Source: Phoronis australis
Lineage: Eukaryota; Animalia; Phoronida
Reading direction: 5' to 3'
Length of the DNA stretch: 64,000 nucleotides
Assembly (NCBI GenBank): GCA_002633005.1
Contig: NMRA01000136.1
Span: forward strand, 299,657-363,656
How positions within the stretch are numbered: position 1 is the stretch's first letter; each line of letters starts with the position of its first letter. Below the pieces are notes generated by a model that was not told the origin of the DNA, made no database searches, and saw only the letters and a list, made by a program, of their open reading frames with translations. Below, in pieces: positions 36,585-48,862 of the stretch. The position numbers were made by a program, and so were the translations under genes.

Positions 36585-39500
36585 ATGGACCAGGTTACGA
36601 TCGAGTGTGATGTGATCTACCCAGGTGTTTCATGGGTGTGGTCATGGGATTCAACAACCCCACTCTACTACAAGATCCAGGTGATCGATTTTGACACCGA
36701 TGAGTGCCAAAATTTCACAATCTCTGGCCAAGAGACGAGCTTCTACATCACGTGTCACAGCAAGGGTCATTGCTATAGGTTCAATATAGCCGCCTATGGT
36801 CAGCCAGCATTTTATGATCAATCAGTATTAATGGATATGATAAGAGTTGACGTCAAGTCAGGTAATAATGTAACAGTAAATGCGCTGGTTTTTATGCGCC
36901 GACATATTTATAAATATGTGGGCGCATTATGCCGTCATTCCTGTCTGTCTGGCATCCTCTGCTCTATCTCGAATTTGAAAACCTTTTGGTGTATGTTCAT
37001 GAAATTTTGAACATGAGTTTCTTTCATGGGACGACATGAGCAAATTTTGGACGGATCCGACTACCGGTGTGCCTTCCAGTGGCAATTTCAGTTTTTTACC
37101 TTTACCTCTATCCTCAAAAGTCCTTGACAGATTTTCATAAAATTTGGCAAATAGGTATCTATTAGTGAGGTGACGCTACTATCTCATTTCGGATGGATTT
37201 GAGGTATTTTGCACCACCTGGTGCCCTTTATTAAGTACTGTTTTTTTGCCATCTGTCCCTCTATCAACCAAACCAAGGATGATTGTGAAAACTAGCATAT
37301 ATGCTCCTACTGTGAAGAGGAAGGTACTCGGATTATTTTCCGATCTGGTGCATCCTAGTAGAGGTTTGTTTTCTTTTCATATCCGTGGTTGTATCTCCTA
37401 AACCCAAGTGTATTATATATTTATATGAAGTTGACACCAAACAACAATAACTTTTGAATGGATGCGATAAATGCCGTGCCCCCTAGTGGCAATTTCATTT
37501 TTTCGTTTTTCTGCTTCTTTGAAGTTTCTTGATGGATTTTTATGAAATTTGGAAAATAGTTTCTATTTAAGAAACAATGACACATTCCGGTTTTTGGATG
37601 GATTTGCCGTATTTTGCACTGTCTAATGGCCATTTTTAGTGTTTTCCAGACTGTTTTTCGTGTCTGCCCCTCTATCAACCAAACCACTCTGAGAATGATT
37701 TTGAAAATTGGCGTTTATGTTTTCTATTGTGAAGAGGATGGCTGAATGGATGACTTTCAGATGACTCGGACTACTGTGGCACCTCCTATTGGCAGTTTTT
37801 CATTTGTGTTTGTTGTATCTGCCAAACCCTCTACAGGTTTCTCATAAAATCTGGCTAGTGTATTTGTATGAAAGAAGGACATTTCGACTGATCCGAATAC
37901 ACCTGTGCCCCCCGGTGGCAATTTTATTTTTTTGTTGTTTTCTGCATCTTTGAAACTTCTTGACGGAGTTTTATGAAATTTTATAAACAGATTTCTATTA
38001 CAGAGATGATATCAGGTTCCCATTTTCAGATAGATTCTACGTGTAGCGGCCATTTTTATTATCATGAAATTTTGCAAATAGGTTTCCATCAAGGTGACAA
38101 CAACGCCTTCTCATTTTTGGGCATATTTGATGTATTCTGTGCCATTTAAAAATTTTGAGTGCGTTTTTGACGACCCTCTCCATCCATCTAACCGCTTGAA
38201 GAATCGTTATTAAAATTTGGAGATGTGTTCTTTAGGAGAAGACCAAGGTTCACATTGATTATCGGATGTATTCGACTACTCGGGCACCCCTGGTCACAAT
38301 TTTATTTCTTGCATTTGTGGCTGTCTCCTTTACCCTTTGCAAGATCTTTGTGATATTTAGCAGATGTGTTCCTATGAAGATGGCAATAGGAGACGGTGAA
38401 TTTCAGACCAATCCAACTGTAGATGTGCTCCCTAGTGGAATTTTTATTGTTTACGTTTACATCTGTAGGCTAACTTGATAATTTTTCATGAAATTTGGCA
38501 AACAAGTCCATTATAAAGACAACAGCACCTTTCCTTTTTGTGATGGATTCGATGTATTGTGCTTAATTATTTTTAGTCTGTTTTTGTTGCTTGCTTCTGT
38601 ATCTGCCAAATTGCGCAGAGGATCATTATGAAAATTGGCAGATGTGTTCCTACTGACAAGAGCATAAATGCGCCATAGTGACACTTTTTTGCATCTATGG
38701 CTATTTCTTAAGCCCCATGTAAGATTTTTTTGACATTTTGGAATTGTATTCTTTATGCGCCCACATATTTATATTTTCAAAGGTCCTAAACGTATTTTCA
38801 TAAAATTTGACATATAGGCATCTATTAGTGAGATAACGCTATCTTTATGTTTCGGATGTATTCGGCGCTGTTTGTGCCACTTAGTGGCCATTTTTATGCG
38901 CCCACATATTTGTATGTGGACGCATTATGCCGTCATCTCCGTCCGGCGTCAGCTGCTCTAGCTCCAAAACACCTTCACATATGTTCATAAAATTTTGCAC
39001 ATGTGTTCTTTCTATACATGGGACGGCATGAGTGAACTTTTGGATGGATCCGAATACCAGTGTGCCCCCTAGTGGCAGTTTTAGTTTTTTACGTTTACCT
39101 CTGTATCTTCAAAAGTCCTCAACGGATTTTCATAAAATTTGGTACCTATTAGTTAGGTGACGCTCACCCTCCTGTTTTTGGATGGATTTGACGTAGTTTG
39201 CGCCACCTAGTGGCCATTTTTATGCACCCTCATATTTATATGTGGACGCATTGTGCCGTCATCTCTGTCCGTCTGTCCGGCGTCTGCTGCTTCATCTCCA
39301 AAACGCCTGAAGTATGTTCATGAAATTTGGCACATGTGTTGCTTCCGTGGATGGGATGGCACAAGCAAACTTTTGGACGGATCCGACTACCGGTGTGCCC
39401 CCTAGTGGCAATTTTAGTGTTTTATGTTTACCTCTGTATCTTAGGTCCTCCACGGATTTTCATAAAATTTGGAATATAGGTGAGATGATGCAATCCTCCC

Positions 39501-42500
39501 TTTATCAGATGGAATATTTTGCACCATCTAGGGGCCATTTTTGCTGTTTTCGAGTCTGTTTTTGGCATCTACCCCTCTATCAACCTAACCATTCTAAGGA
39601 TGATTTTGAAAATTGGCGTATAGCGTGAAGAGTATGGTTGATAATGACAATTTCGACTACTGTGGTGCTTCCTAGTTTTGTTTTGTTTTGTACCCATAGC
39701 TGTATCTCCTAAATCCACTGAACAATCTTTATTAAATTTAGTAAGTGTATTTATCTGAAGCTAACAACAGACGACGATGACAACAGGCTGTGCCCCCTAG
39801 TGGCAATTTCATATTCTTCCATTGTGTCTCTGAAGTTCCTTGACAGATTTTATGACATTGGGTAAATAGCTTCCTATTGAAGATTTTAGCAATGGCATGT
39901 TCCAGTTTTCATATGGATTCGATGTTTTTGTGCCAGTTAAGTGGCCATTTTTATGATACAAATAATCAACCCTAGAAGTACACCATTTGGGGTGCATTCG
40001 TGGGCGCATTTCAATGCTCCCAACTGTTGCTCTTGTATTAACTTGACAACAGATGGACAGATTCGACTACCGCTGTGGTTCCTTGGCAGTTTGTTTTGTT
40101 TCACTGTACGATACATTAGTTTTGCCTTTGTGTCTTTTTGGTTGTTCTTTGACAGATTTTCATGATATTTGGCGGATAGTTTTGAGATGCAACACCTTCC
40201 CACTTAAATGGCAAATTTGTTTTTGCCTGTGCCTCAGTATCTGCCTAGTAGTCTGTAGTGAATGGATCTTCATGAAGTTTGTTTGGGACATGCTCGACTA
40301 CTGTCCCATACCTTAGTGGCAATTCATTGTTGCGCATGGCTCTACCAAATTCCTTGATGGATATTCACGGAAATTTGATGTATAAGTTTCTATCATGGAC
40401 ATGACAGCAATCACCTCATTTCAGACGAATTTCACTAATGATTCACTACCTGGTGGCCTATGTATTTTATATATTAAATCAAAGACCCCCAGAAGCACTC
40501 TTTGTGCTGCAGTCCTGTGTACATTTCAATACATTCTGTTGCTGATTGCACTTGTCAGTAAAATGCCAGAAGCAATTGAATTGTCTGTAGATTCATCGAC
40601 TTGTCAGTGGGAGTTCTTAAGTTCTGTGTTAGTCAGTTGTTATTATTTTGCTAAATACACCCGTGTGCTTTTCCAGAGTTCTCTGTTGACCAACTAAGAG
40701 CTCTGTGTGACCTGGCCATGAGGCATAACATCAACAAATGTCTGACAGCTTTCCCCATGCTGCCTATTGACTTCCTGTACAGAAACAAGCCCAGGGAATA
40801 CTTTGAGCGAGTAAGTTGGATTTTTTCTTCACCAGAGCTAGAGAGCTAGTGCAATGTAGTGCCAAGTTAGTAAGGTTAAATGGCATATCAAGTGTGCATC
40901 TAGACACACTAATAGTGAGTTCTTTTCTCGAGCATCTTAACAATATTGAATAATGTTGTTCAAATAAATACTGTCAAAATGGCTGTTCTTGAAGACTGAA
41001 CATGCTACGTGCTACTCTCAGATAGTTCCTATTCATGCTTAAGGTTCATTTATAAAGTATATGTGTTCATGATACTGCAAATTTCAACATTTGACAATTA
41101 AGACTCATTTGGTGTTCGTGATAACAACAAAATGTTTGGTGTGCTTAATTGTCATGTGATTTCAAAGGTCGCGTGAACTCTTGCATGACAGAGAAAACCT
41201 CAATTCCAACTTTCAATGCACTGCAGTTGTTTAAAATGATTCACTGTTGTATTTTCAAAAATATTATGTACAAACTACACCTTTTTAGTCTAATTTTATT
41301 ACTGGGAATTTCGGAAAATAAGACCACCCAAAAGTACATGGTTATATAGTGTATTTTTGAAAAGTTCCAAAAGTATGCCCGTAGCTGTATATCCTCAGTA
41401 ACTGCATGTTTTGCAAATTTGTGATTGTTCTAAAATATGTACGTAATGTAATGTACTTTGATGTAAATTTTTTTTCATTGTGACTAGACATAATTTGGGT
41501 TTGCGTTTTCACTCAAATGACGTATCATTTGACGAAGTATTGGATGATTTTATTGGTAACTAACTAATTGCAAAACGTGAAAATCTGCTTTAACACATTG
41601 TGGTTGCTGGCTGTAAAAGAAGTATAGAGGATTGGTTCATATTAGTGAAACTGAAATACAACTATGTGTATTAAAAAGGGTTAAAAAAAACTTTAAGAGT
41701 AAAAAGTTTGAAAACTGTACATAAATATTTGTTGTATACATCAATGGTTAATGTTCTACTCTGTCTCTTTGTTGATGATGTCTTCATTTGAGTTTTCCAT
41801 GTTGTCATTCTCACATACGTCAACACCAACTGACATAAGTTAATCAACTTGTTGCATTGAGTCAAACCGATTCTTCACTCAACAGTGCGTGTGTCGAATA
41901 CACACATTTACAGAAAGGCTGTCAAGTTTTACGTACTTTGAAAACAGTTTCGGGAGAATAATGAAACTTAATTGCCGAATCCGGTTCCAGCATTTTAAAG
42001 TATTACTATAATTACATAACATCTTTTTTGTTTTATTTACAGTTTATTATTTATTAAATAATTTATAAAAAATTTGTTAATCATTGTTATTATTATGTTT
42101 TTATCATCATTGTTAATAATTTCATTTTCATTGCTACCATTCACATTTTGACTTTTGTTGTGGTAAAAATTCTCCAGTTTGGATCAGTGAAAACTTAATC
42201 ATTTTACTGAAGGTCAAAGCTTGTACCAAATTTTAGAAATAGGCAATATTGAACGTCCCAAATCCAAGAATTATGATCAATGACAAATGATCATTCAGCT
42301 TGATGTTGGGACATTCTGTCAGTGGCTATTTTCAACAGTTTTATCAACTACTGAGTTTATTTTCAGACCCTGTTGATAAAGTGTCCAATGTTTGAAAAAT
42401 GCCAAAATTGCACTTGTTCCATACTTCAGATTCAAGAAAATTCAATTTTGCTTTGAATTTCAGTGTCCAAATTATTAGAGACTTCCCCAAACTAGAAAAT

Positions 42501-43238
42501 TTTTACCATAGTTTTTTATTATTACTCACTCCAGACAACCACTAAGTTTACGCTTCACAAGAAGAGATCTTTTTGTGGTCAACAAGCAGAATATTTATAA
42601 ACACTCCAAAAACTCAAAAATAGTATTTTTACGCTACATTGAATACGAGTGCCATCTTTATTCTTCAGGTGAAGCAAAATGACGGGATCGAGGAGAAATA
42701 CATGAAGGATGAGAATGGAGATGAGTGTAACAACATTAACAGTCAACTGGAGGGACTCTTCTTCAGCGCGTCTGTCAACCCGTACATTAATAGCCCCAGC
42801 TTTGGGAAGCCACTGACCTCCTCAGTGTTTGGAGACACCAGGTTGTTACTGCCCGTGGACTATTTTTTGGACGAAATCAGTAACCTGTTTTTCGCTGACT
42901 TTTACTGCATGGGCGTGACGGAAGCCACGATGCATTGGGTCACTTTAGTGCATACGCGTAAGGGTTCAGAAGCGGATCATTACTGTGCCAACAAGCTCCT
43001 TCGGCTGAATATGTGTGACAATCCCTTCCTGTGTTTCACTGATGGTCGGTTTTGGGTGACCACGGGCGTGTGGTTGGAGGTGCTGCATACAGAGGACGTG
43101 GACCACAATATGGTTGAATACCTGGGCGGCTACTTTGAGAAGACGAGCATGAGACAGAGCAACCGACATGGCGGAAAGTATAAGAATGCAGAATGTCCGG
43201 AGTGTAATATCATGATTGACCGGTTCTCCTGCTTCTGA
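36585..43238 (+). CDS. PHYHIPL: PHYHIP-like protein (FN3-like N-terminus plus PHYHIP C-terminal domain), ~326 aa
   Basis: Exons 36585-36861, 40677-40810 and 42669-43238 with canonical, phase-compatible splice sites (981 nt). Motifs LYRNKPREYFE, YMKDENG, LEGLFFS, NLFFADFYCM, HWVTLV..KGSEAD..C, LEVLHTEDV match the PHYHIP family. The symbol denotes the family, not proven orthology. Confidence 0.88.
36889..40500 (+). mobile_element. Cluster of nested DINE/HINE-like copies filling the first coding intron of the PHYHIP-like gene
   Basis: Heads near 36890, 38753, 38893 and 39220; 3' end CGTGGGCGCATTTCAATGCTCC..TGTTGCTCTTGT near 39998-40036; many CCMCCTAGTGGC units. Confidence 0.7.
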
Positions 43239-43424
43239 ACTGCTGTTAAGATTCGCAGCGTCAAACTGATCCACGTCATCACTTTGATAAATTTGAGATT
43301 ACGCAGAACTGGTGTGGTCTCGTGATTCCAGTTTTGTACAGTACAAAGTAGAAACTTATTTAGGTAGAGACGGATTATGTTATGGTCTCTAAGTATAGCA
43401 CATTTTAGGAAAGCAATATATATG

Positions 43425-44230
43425 TTTTGATGCCCCCACAAATACATGTGGAAGCATGTTTCAGTCATCGTCCATGGGCATCCGCCGCTGGTAATGCTCC
43501 AAAATCCCTTGTAGTATCTTCAGTGGAAGTGTACAGATTTGTTCCTATGTGGCTGACAACAACTGCCCTATGGCTCCAACTACTGCTGTGCCCCCTAGTT
43601 GCAATTTAGGTAATTTTATTTTCGAAGTTCCTTGTTATAATTTTTATGAAATTTGGTATCTCTGTGTTTATTAGGAAGACAATGATACGTTCCCATTTTT
43701 TGATGGATTCGCCATGTTCTGCCCCACCAAGTGGCTATTTTTATTGTCTATGAGTCTAGCTGTTGTATTCTTGCCTAGTAGATGTTGTTTGAGTTTTGAT
43801 TTTTGGAGAAATCAGACTGCTTTGGCTCAGAAGAGTGGGTCTGGCATTGGTTTTTGACCAGACCCAACTACTGTGTCGCCTCCTAATGGCAATTTTATGG
43901 TTTTTGCATCTGTAGCTTTATCTCTTGAACCCCTTGCAGTATTTTCGCGAGTGTTTTTCTTCGAATGTAAAAATGGATGACTGCTATCAGATCGTTCTGA
44001 CTACCGTTGTTCCCTCTGATATATATGTCTTGGACAAATTTGCATGAATTTTGGCAAATATGCTTCTTTTGTGAAGAGTTTGAGGCTTTCCCATTATTGA
44101 ACAGTTTGAGATATCCTGTTCCACCTTGTGGCCATTTTTTATAGTATTTAACGTCCCCAGAAGGATACCTTTCACAATACAGTCCTGGGTACAATTCAGT
44201 GACGTATGGCGCTCTCGTTTTAAATTAAGG
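43425..44230 (+). mobile_element. Older DINE/HINE-like copy downstream of the PHYHIP-like stop
   Basis: Degenerate head ATGCCCCCAC..GTGGAAGCAT and units GTGCCCCCTAGTTGCAA, CCCCACCAAGTGGC. Confidence 0.55.
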
Positions 44231-45629
44231 GAGTTTTTTCTTAGTTTTGTGTTTAATAGACTACTTGATGTTTTTCAATTTTACTACCAGATGGCTTGAC
44301 ATTTATTTTCAAGCATTTTTCTCTAACGTTCATTTGCAAAAGGTAAATATACTGCGTGATGTTTGTGACCCAATACCTATTTTGTTGAAGTTAAAAAAGA
44401 AAATTCAAGCGTGACACTAGAGAAGTAATTTCTGTGTTGAAAAACAAGTATTAGTTGTTTTATTCACCAGTTGAAAATTCTAGTTTGTATAAACATGTGA
44501 TACCTGAGTGTGTTGGTGATTGCTTGGCTTATGTTTGTTTTAGACACTGTATGTAATAAGAGAATGATTGTGTAATATAGCAGAAATAGTTTTGGCCATG
44601 TATTTGAGAAGGAAAGTAAAACTGAGTTAGTTTTTATACTCTGTACAGTATTTTGTGAGTAGAGAATTGACACGATGGAAATTTTTGAGATTGTATAGGC
44701 CTGTTGAGAATGTTGGTTTGTGAAGTTGTGTGGATTTCACTATGTGACTAGATGCTTGGTTATGTAGTGCCCTGTATTTTATGTTGACGGATCTAGGATC
44801 ACATTGTAAGGGAATTCTGACCATAACTGTTGAAGGAAAACCTGCTGCTGGTGTTATTTTTTGTGGTCATGAAAATGTGCTCAACACTCACAGAGATGCA
44901 ATTTTTTGGCATTTGGGAAACTAGATATTTTGGTGCTATTTCAGTTACACCTGTGGCTAAAGATTGAGATTTAAGACTAGGTTTGATTCTTCTGTCGTCT
45001 GATTACAACTGATTTGAAATAAGTTGTTTAAAAGTTGTTCTAGTGTAGGTACTATTTTTATTTTAAGTCTTGGGAATAGTCTTTTATAGGGGTTCCGGAT
45101 CTTAAGAACTTGTTTGATGCCTGTTATTCAGGGAGAAAACTGGTTCTCAAAATGCAAGCACCCCTGCTAGTGGCTATTATCAAATCTTGTTCTGTATTGT
45201 TTGGGAAGCCACTATGAGCAAACGTTTGGAATTAATTTTGTGAGATTTGCATTAAACCTGCTGTAAACCCACATTCCGTCAAAGAAACAACTATTTGATT
45301 TAGGCATTGTTGCTACAAACATTCCTCAGAAAGATGTGATTTGTGAGCTTGGAAAGAACTGGCAATTCACTATCCGTAAAATAGGGCTGAGACATTAAAC
45401 TTGAAATAATTGTTCATAGTTATACGGAGATGTGTATGATTCCTTTATGTTTATTGTCTCTGTTTTATTTCTCTATTTCACATATCTTTTTGGTATTAAA
45501 ATTCTACTTACATTTGCCTGGTGATGGTCAAACTCCAGAGTTTATTCAATACTGCTGTATACCTGAAGCTGAGTACAGAGAATATCCCACCCAGACAGCC
45601 CACTTTGACTTATGCTGCATGTCGGTCTT

Positions 45630-45818
45630 TTTAGCTGGCTGAAAAGCGAAAATGAAATTTTTGCCTTTTACTCTCATAAAATCACATAACATTCCTTGCC
45701 TTGATTTTGTTTCGGCTACAGTTCGTTAGAGAAAACAAATTTTATTATGGTAATGAATGTCAGACTCATTTGTGAGAATAAAAGGTTCAAACCGATTTCA
45801 GTTTTTCAGCCAGCTAAA
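45630..45818. repeat. Inverted-repeat-bounded MITE-like segment
   Basis: TTTAGCTGGCTGAAAA and TTTTCAGCCAGCTAAA form a perfect 16-bp inverted pair about 160 bp apart. Confidence 0.5.
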
Positions 45819-46539
45819 CAGGGCAAAATGAGTTTTAGTAAACTTTGTCTTGAGCAATGGTAATAATAAACTGTCGTCTCTTTTCAAATCCAGAGATCAC
45901 CTTTAATTTGAGTATGGAACAAGTTTCTAGTAGTTTAAATGGATTTATTTTTTTAAGTAAGGCAGGTTTATAGCAGGCTTTGAGAGGCAGTCTGGATTGC
46001 TCTTTGTGAAAGAAGTCATGAAATACTAGAATAGAATACTAGAAAACTGATTCAACATTTTTCTCGAACTTTTTGTTAGAAATGTTGAAGGTTTGACTTA
46101 AAAAAATATGACTTAACTTGTCTTGGAATCTGTCCAGAAATTGATGATTCGCGTTTTGTATGATATGAAAAAAATTATTTTGTTAAAAAAATAAACCAAA
46201 CCCTCGTATTTGTTGTTTTCATGGGTTTCAACTGAGCAATTCGCGATAAGAGAACTTGATACATAGCTAGCGATCGGCAGAAATATGGCCACGGCAGGCG
46301 ATAATCCACATACATGGGATGCGTTGGGTAATTGATTTCCATGGTTTCTGGGTGTCAAACAGATGAATGTCTACATCCGTGTTTTTGTCAAAAACTATTG
46401 TCCGTCCAGTCGCAGATCGTACTACGGTAATTCTCCATTTAAAATATGGCCTTTTTTCAATGACTGGTTGCCTGTTCGCAAATAATCGGGACTAGTAAAT
46501 GTGGTTTTACGTCTACACGCTATCCAAACTTGAGACTAG

Positions 46540-46669
46540 CATGGGCGGCGCAGCACTGAAAAAAGTGGGGTGCTACAGGGGTGCACCGCCCATAGACCAT
46601 GGGCGGCGCAGCCGACACTGGAAAAGTGGGGCTATAGCCCCCCAGCCCCCCTATTGTGCGCCGCCCATG
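46540..46669. mobile_element. Tandem pair of tiny MITEs (CATGGGCGGCGCA family)
   Basis: Two head-to-tail units, each CATGGGCGGCGCAGC...GTGCRCCGCCCAT; same TIR as 31447-31583. Confidence 0.7.
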
Positions 46670-47135
46670 TTCTGTGGGGAAGTTAAAATATAATAAAATT
46701 TCACTTGTGGAACATGTTGTTTGCCAAATACCCGGTAAGTGAAGAGAGAGAGTATTTTTAAAATCTATGGTGAAGAATTGCTGTATTTTCATAGCTCCTG
46801 AAATTTGTAGATCCTTGTTTCAAGCATTAACTACTGTCGGTTTATTTCAAATTCAGAGATCGCACATTTTGACAAAGTACCTTGGAGGCACGTGCTCGCG
46901 TGTTATAGTCCAACTTGGTTTGACCGGTGAACTAAGCGCTCGGCGTCAGGAACAGTTTAGAAAATTTAAGAAGCAAGTTTTTGAAATACTGTGATCACCA
47001 TCAGGACTCGATCATAAGTTGTTAAACTGCGCCTAATGAATACTCAACGTCACTAGTGTTGGCTCCGGCCGACAATTCCAAGTTTATATTGACTAACGAA
47101 ACTGCAAAAGCGGTTAATGATTAAAGCTGACTCAA

Positions 47136-47528
47136 GCCCGGGTCTAATCTTTTTATTCGAGATCGAGCAACCGATACCATTACTGTTTTTCTGTGTCATT
47201 TTCTATTCTACATTTGTGCGAAGTTCAGTGTCTATCAGTCCAGTATTCCGTTATACTCGGTTGACTCGAGTACATAATGGATTACGTAGAGACTGTCCGA
47301 GAAACGCAATTTGCACTTAATGAACCCATCATTAAGGCTAAAAAAGTTCGAGTCTGAAGTCAAAATTTCCAGTTTTTGACTCAAGTTTTTTTCTCTGAGT
47401 CGAATCTAGAGGTTCAGACTACATTTCCATAAACAGGCATTCGAGCGCTGAGTAGCAAACACTCAGTATTTTAAGTAGACCAGGAAATTCCAAAAATAAT
47501 TTCTAGTACAAAGATTAGACCCCGGCCT
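47136..47528. mobile_element. ~390-bp MITE
   Basis: Inverted termini CCGGGTCTAATCTTT and AAAGATTAGACCCGG. Confidence 0.6.
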
Positions 47529-48219
47529 ATACATGTAGGTGTGTATGCAAAGACTTAAGTTCAGACTTTTCAGTACCATGCATCCGCGGCCGTTCCCGGC
47601 GTTACTAAGCCAGTCAAATCATCAAGTTCATAAGTTTAGTCAGTAAATCCAGTCTATTCACTTGGCCACATGTTGAAAATTGTCTGTTCACAGCCATGTT
47701 TTCTTGCAGCCAATGTCTTAACTTTTTTGGTTAGGTGACCAGTACGAATTTGTGTATATTTGGGACAAAAAATGAAAGGGATATGTACACATATATAGCA
47801 CGGCATGACTTGGCACTCTCGATCTGATAATCCAATCTAATATTCAAATGTCTTCCCCCAGGGCATTCCGGCACGGCATGTTGTTAAGTATAATTTATTT
47901 TACCAATCAAAAAGTCAATCAGGTGAACCGGTCCATGATCATCGCCTGACCTGTGACACACTGGCACTGGCACTAGGACATGATGTGGGCGTATGTACGG
48001 GAGTGAAACCCACCTATGGCAGCTCTCGCGGAATGATCAATTTATTTGAAGAACAGTTGGACCTTTTTAGAAATGCCCGCATTAAATCTCACTGTCAAAC
48101 ATTTTTGCATCTTGAATGCAGCTTCATCAGACTTGGCAAAACAGTGAATCCCCGGAGCAAATAGTACCGCGGTCAACACATTTTGTATTTGCCCGCAGTC
48201 ATTTGGCAATCGTATGGGA

Positions 48220-48431
48220 CCGCGTGACGTCAACATGCCGTTTTTCGCCATCTAGCGAGTGTTCTGCCCAGCGATGCGCATGCGCATTGCTGACCTTTCC
48301 AGTGGGAATATGGCGACATGTGCTCATCTGTAACTTCTTTGGACTTTTAAAGATGGCATGGTAATAAAACAGCTGCCTATTCCCTCCTGGTGTTTTCGTG
48401 CAAGATACGGAAAGCAGTGATCCAGAGAAAG
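48220..48431 (+). promoter_or_regulatory. Putative LARP1 promoter and non-coding first exon
   Basis: Perfect CRE TGACGTCA (48225-48232), perfect NRF1-type palindrome TGCGCATGCGCA (48275-48286), YY1-like ATGGCG and AAGATGGC; donor AAG|GTAGTA after 48431 and acceptor TTTAG| before 48813. Confidence 0.6.
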
Positions 48432-48862
48432 GTAGTACATTCTTGTTAAAACCTGTATACTGTGACGAGAATTTTATGATAAATTCTTGATTACCCAGCG
48501 TGCATATTTGGCAACGTGGTCAACAACACCCTCGTTCAAAAGAAAAAACAGTTTGAATGAAAGTTTTTGCAGAATTTTCAGTTTACTGCACTTTGGTGTG
48601 TATTTTATTTTAGATGTCGTTAATAGGATGCTACATTTCGTGCAAAAAATTGGATATATTTAAAGTCTTTTGTAACAATATGTTTCAAAAAATCAATGAA
48701 AAATTCACAGAAATAGGGTCATGTGACCCACACTACTTTCATGTTTGACCAGCTGCTTGTTTGTCAAAGGTATTCATATTTTTATTCCTTTGAATTGTAT
48801 ATTTATGTTTAGGTAAAAGTTAAGTCGTTCTTAATTATTGGATTAAGAAGACTTGGCTGAAT

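Noticed and set aside
34400-40500. CRISPR-like array of recurring CCCCCTAGTGGC motifs
   Set aside because: The spacers are homologous to each other, over 100 bp long and degenerate; the context is a eukaryotic intron with no cas genes.
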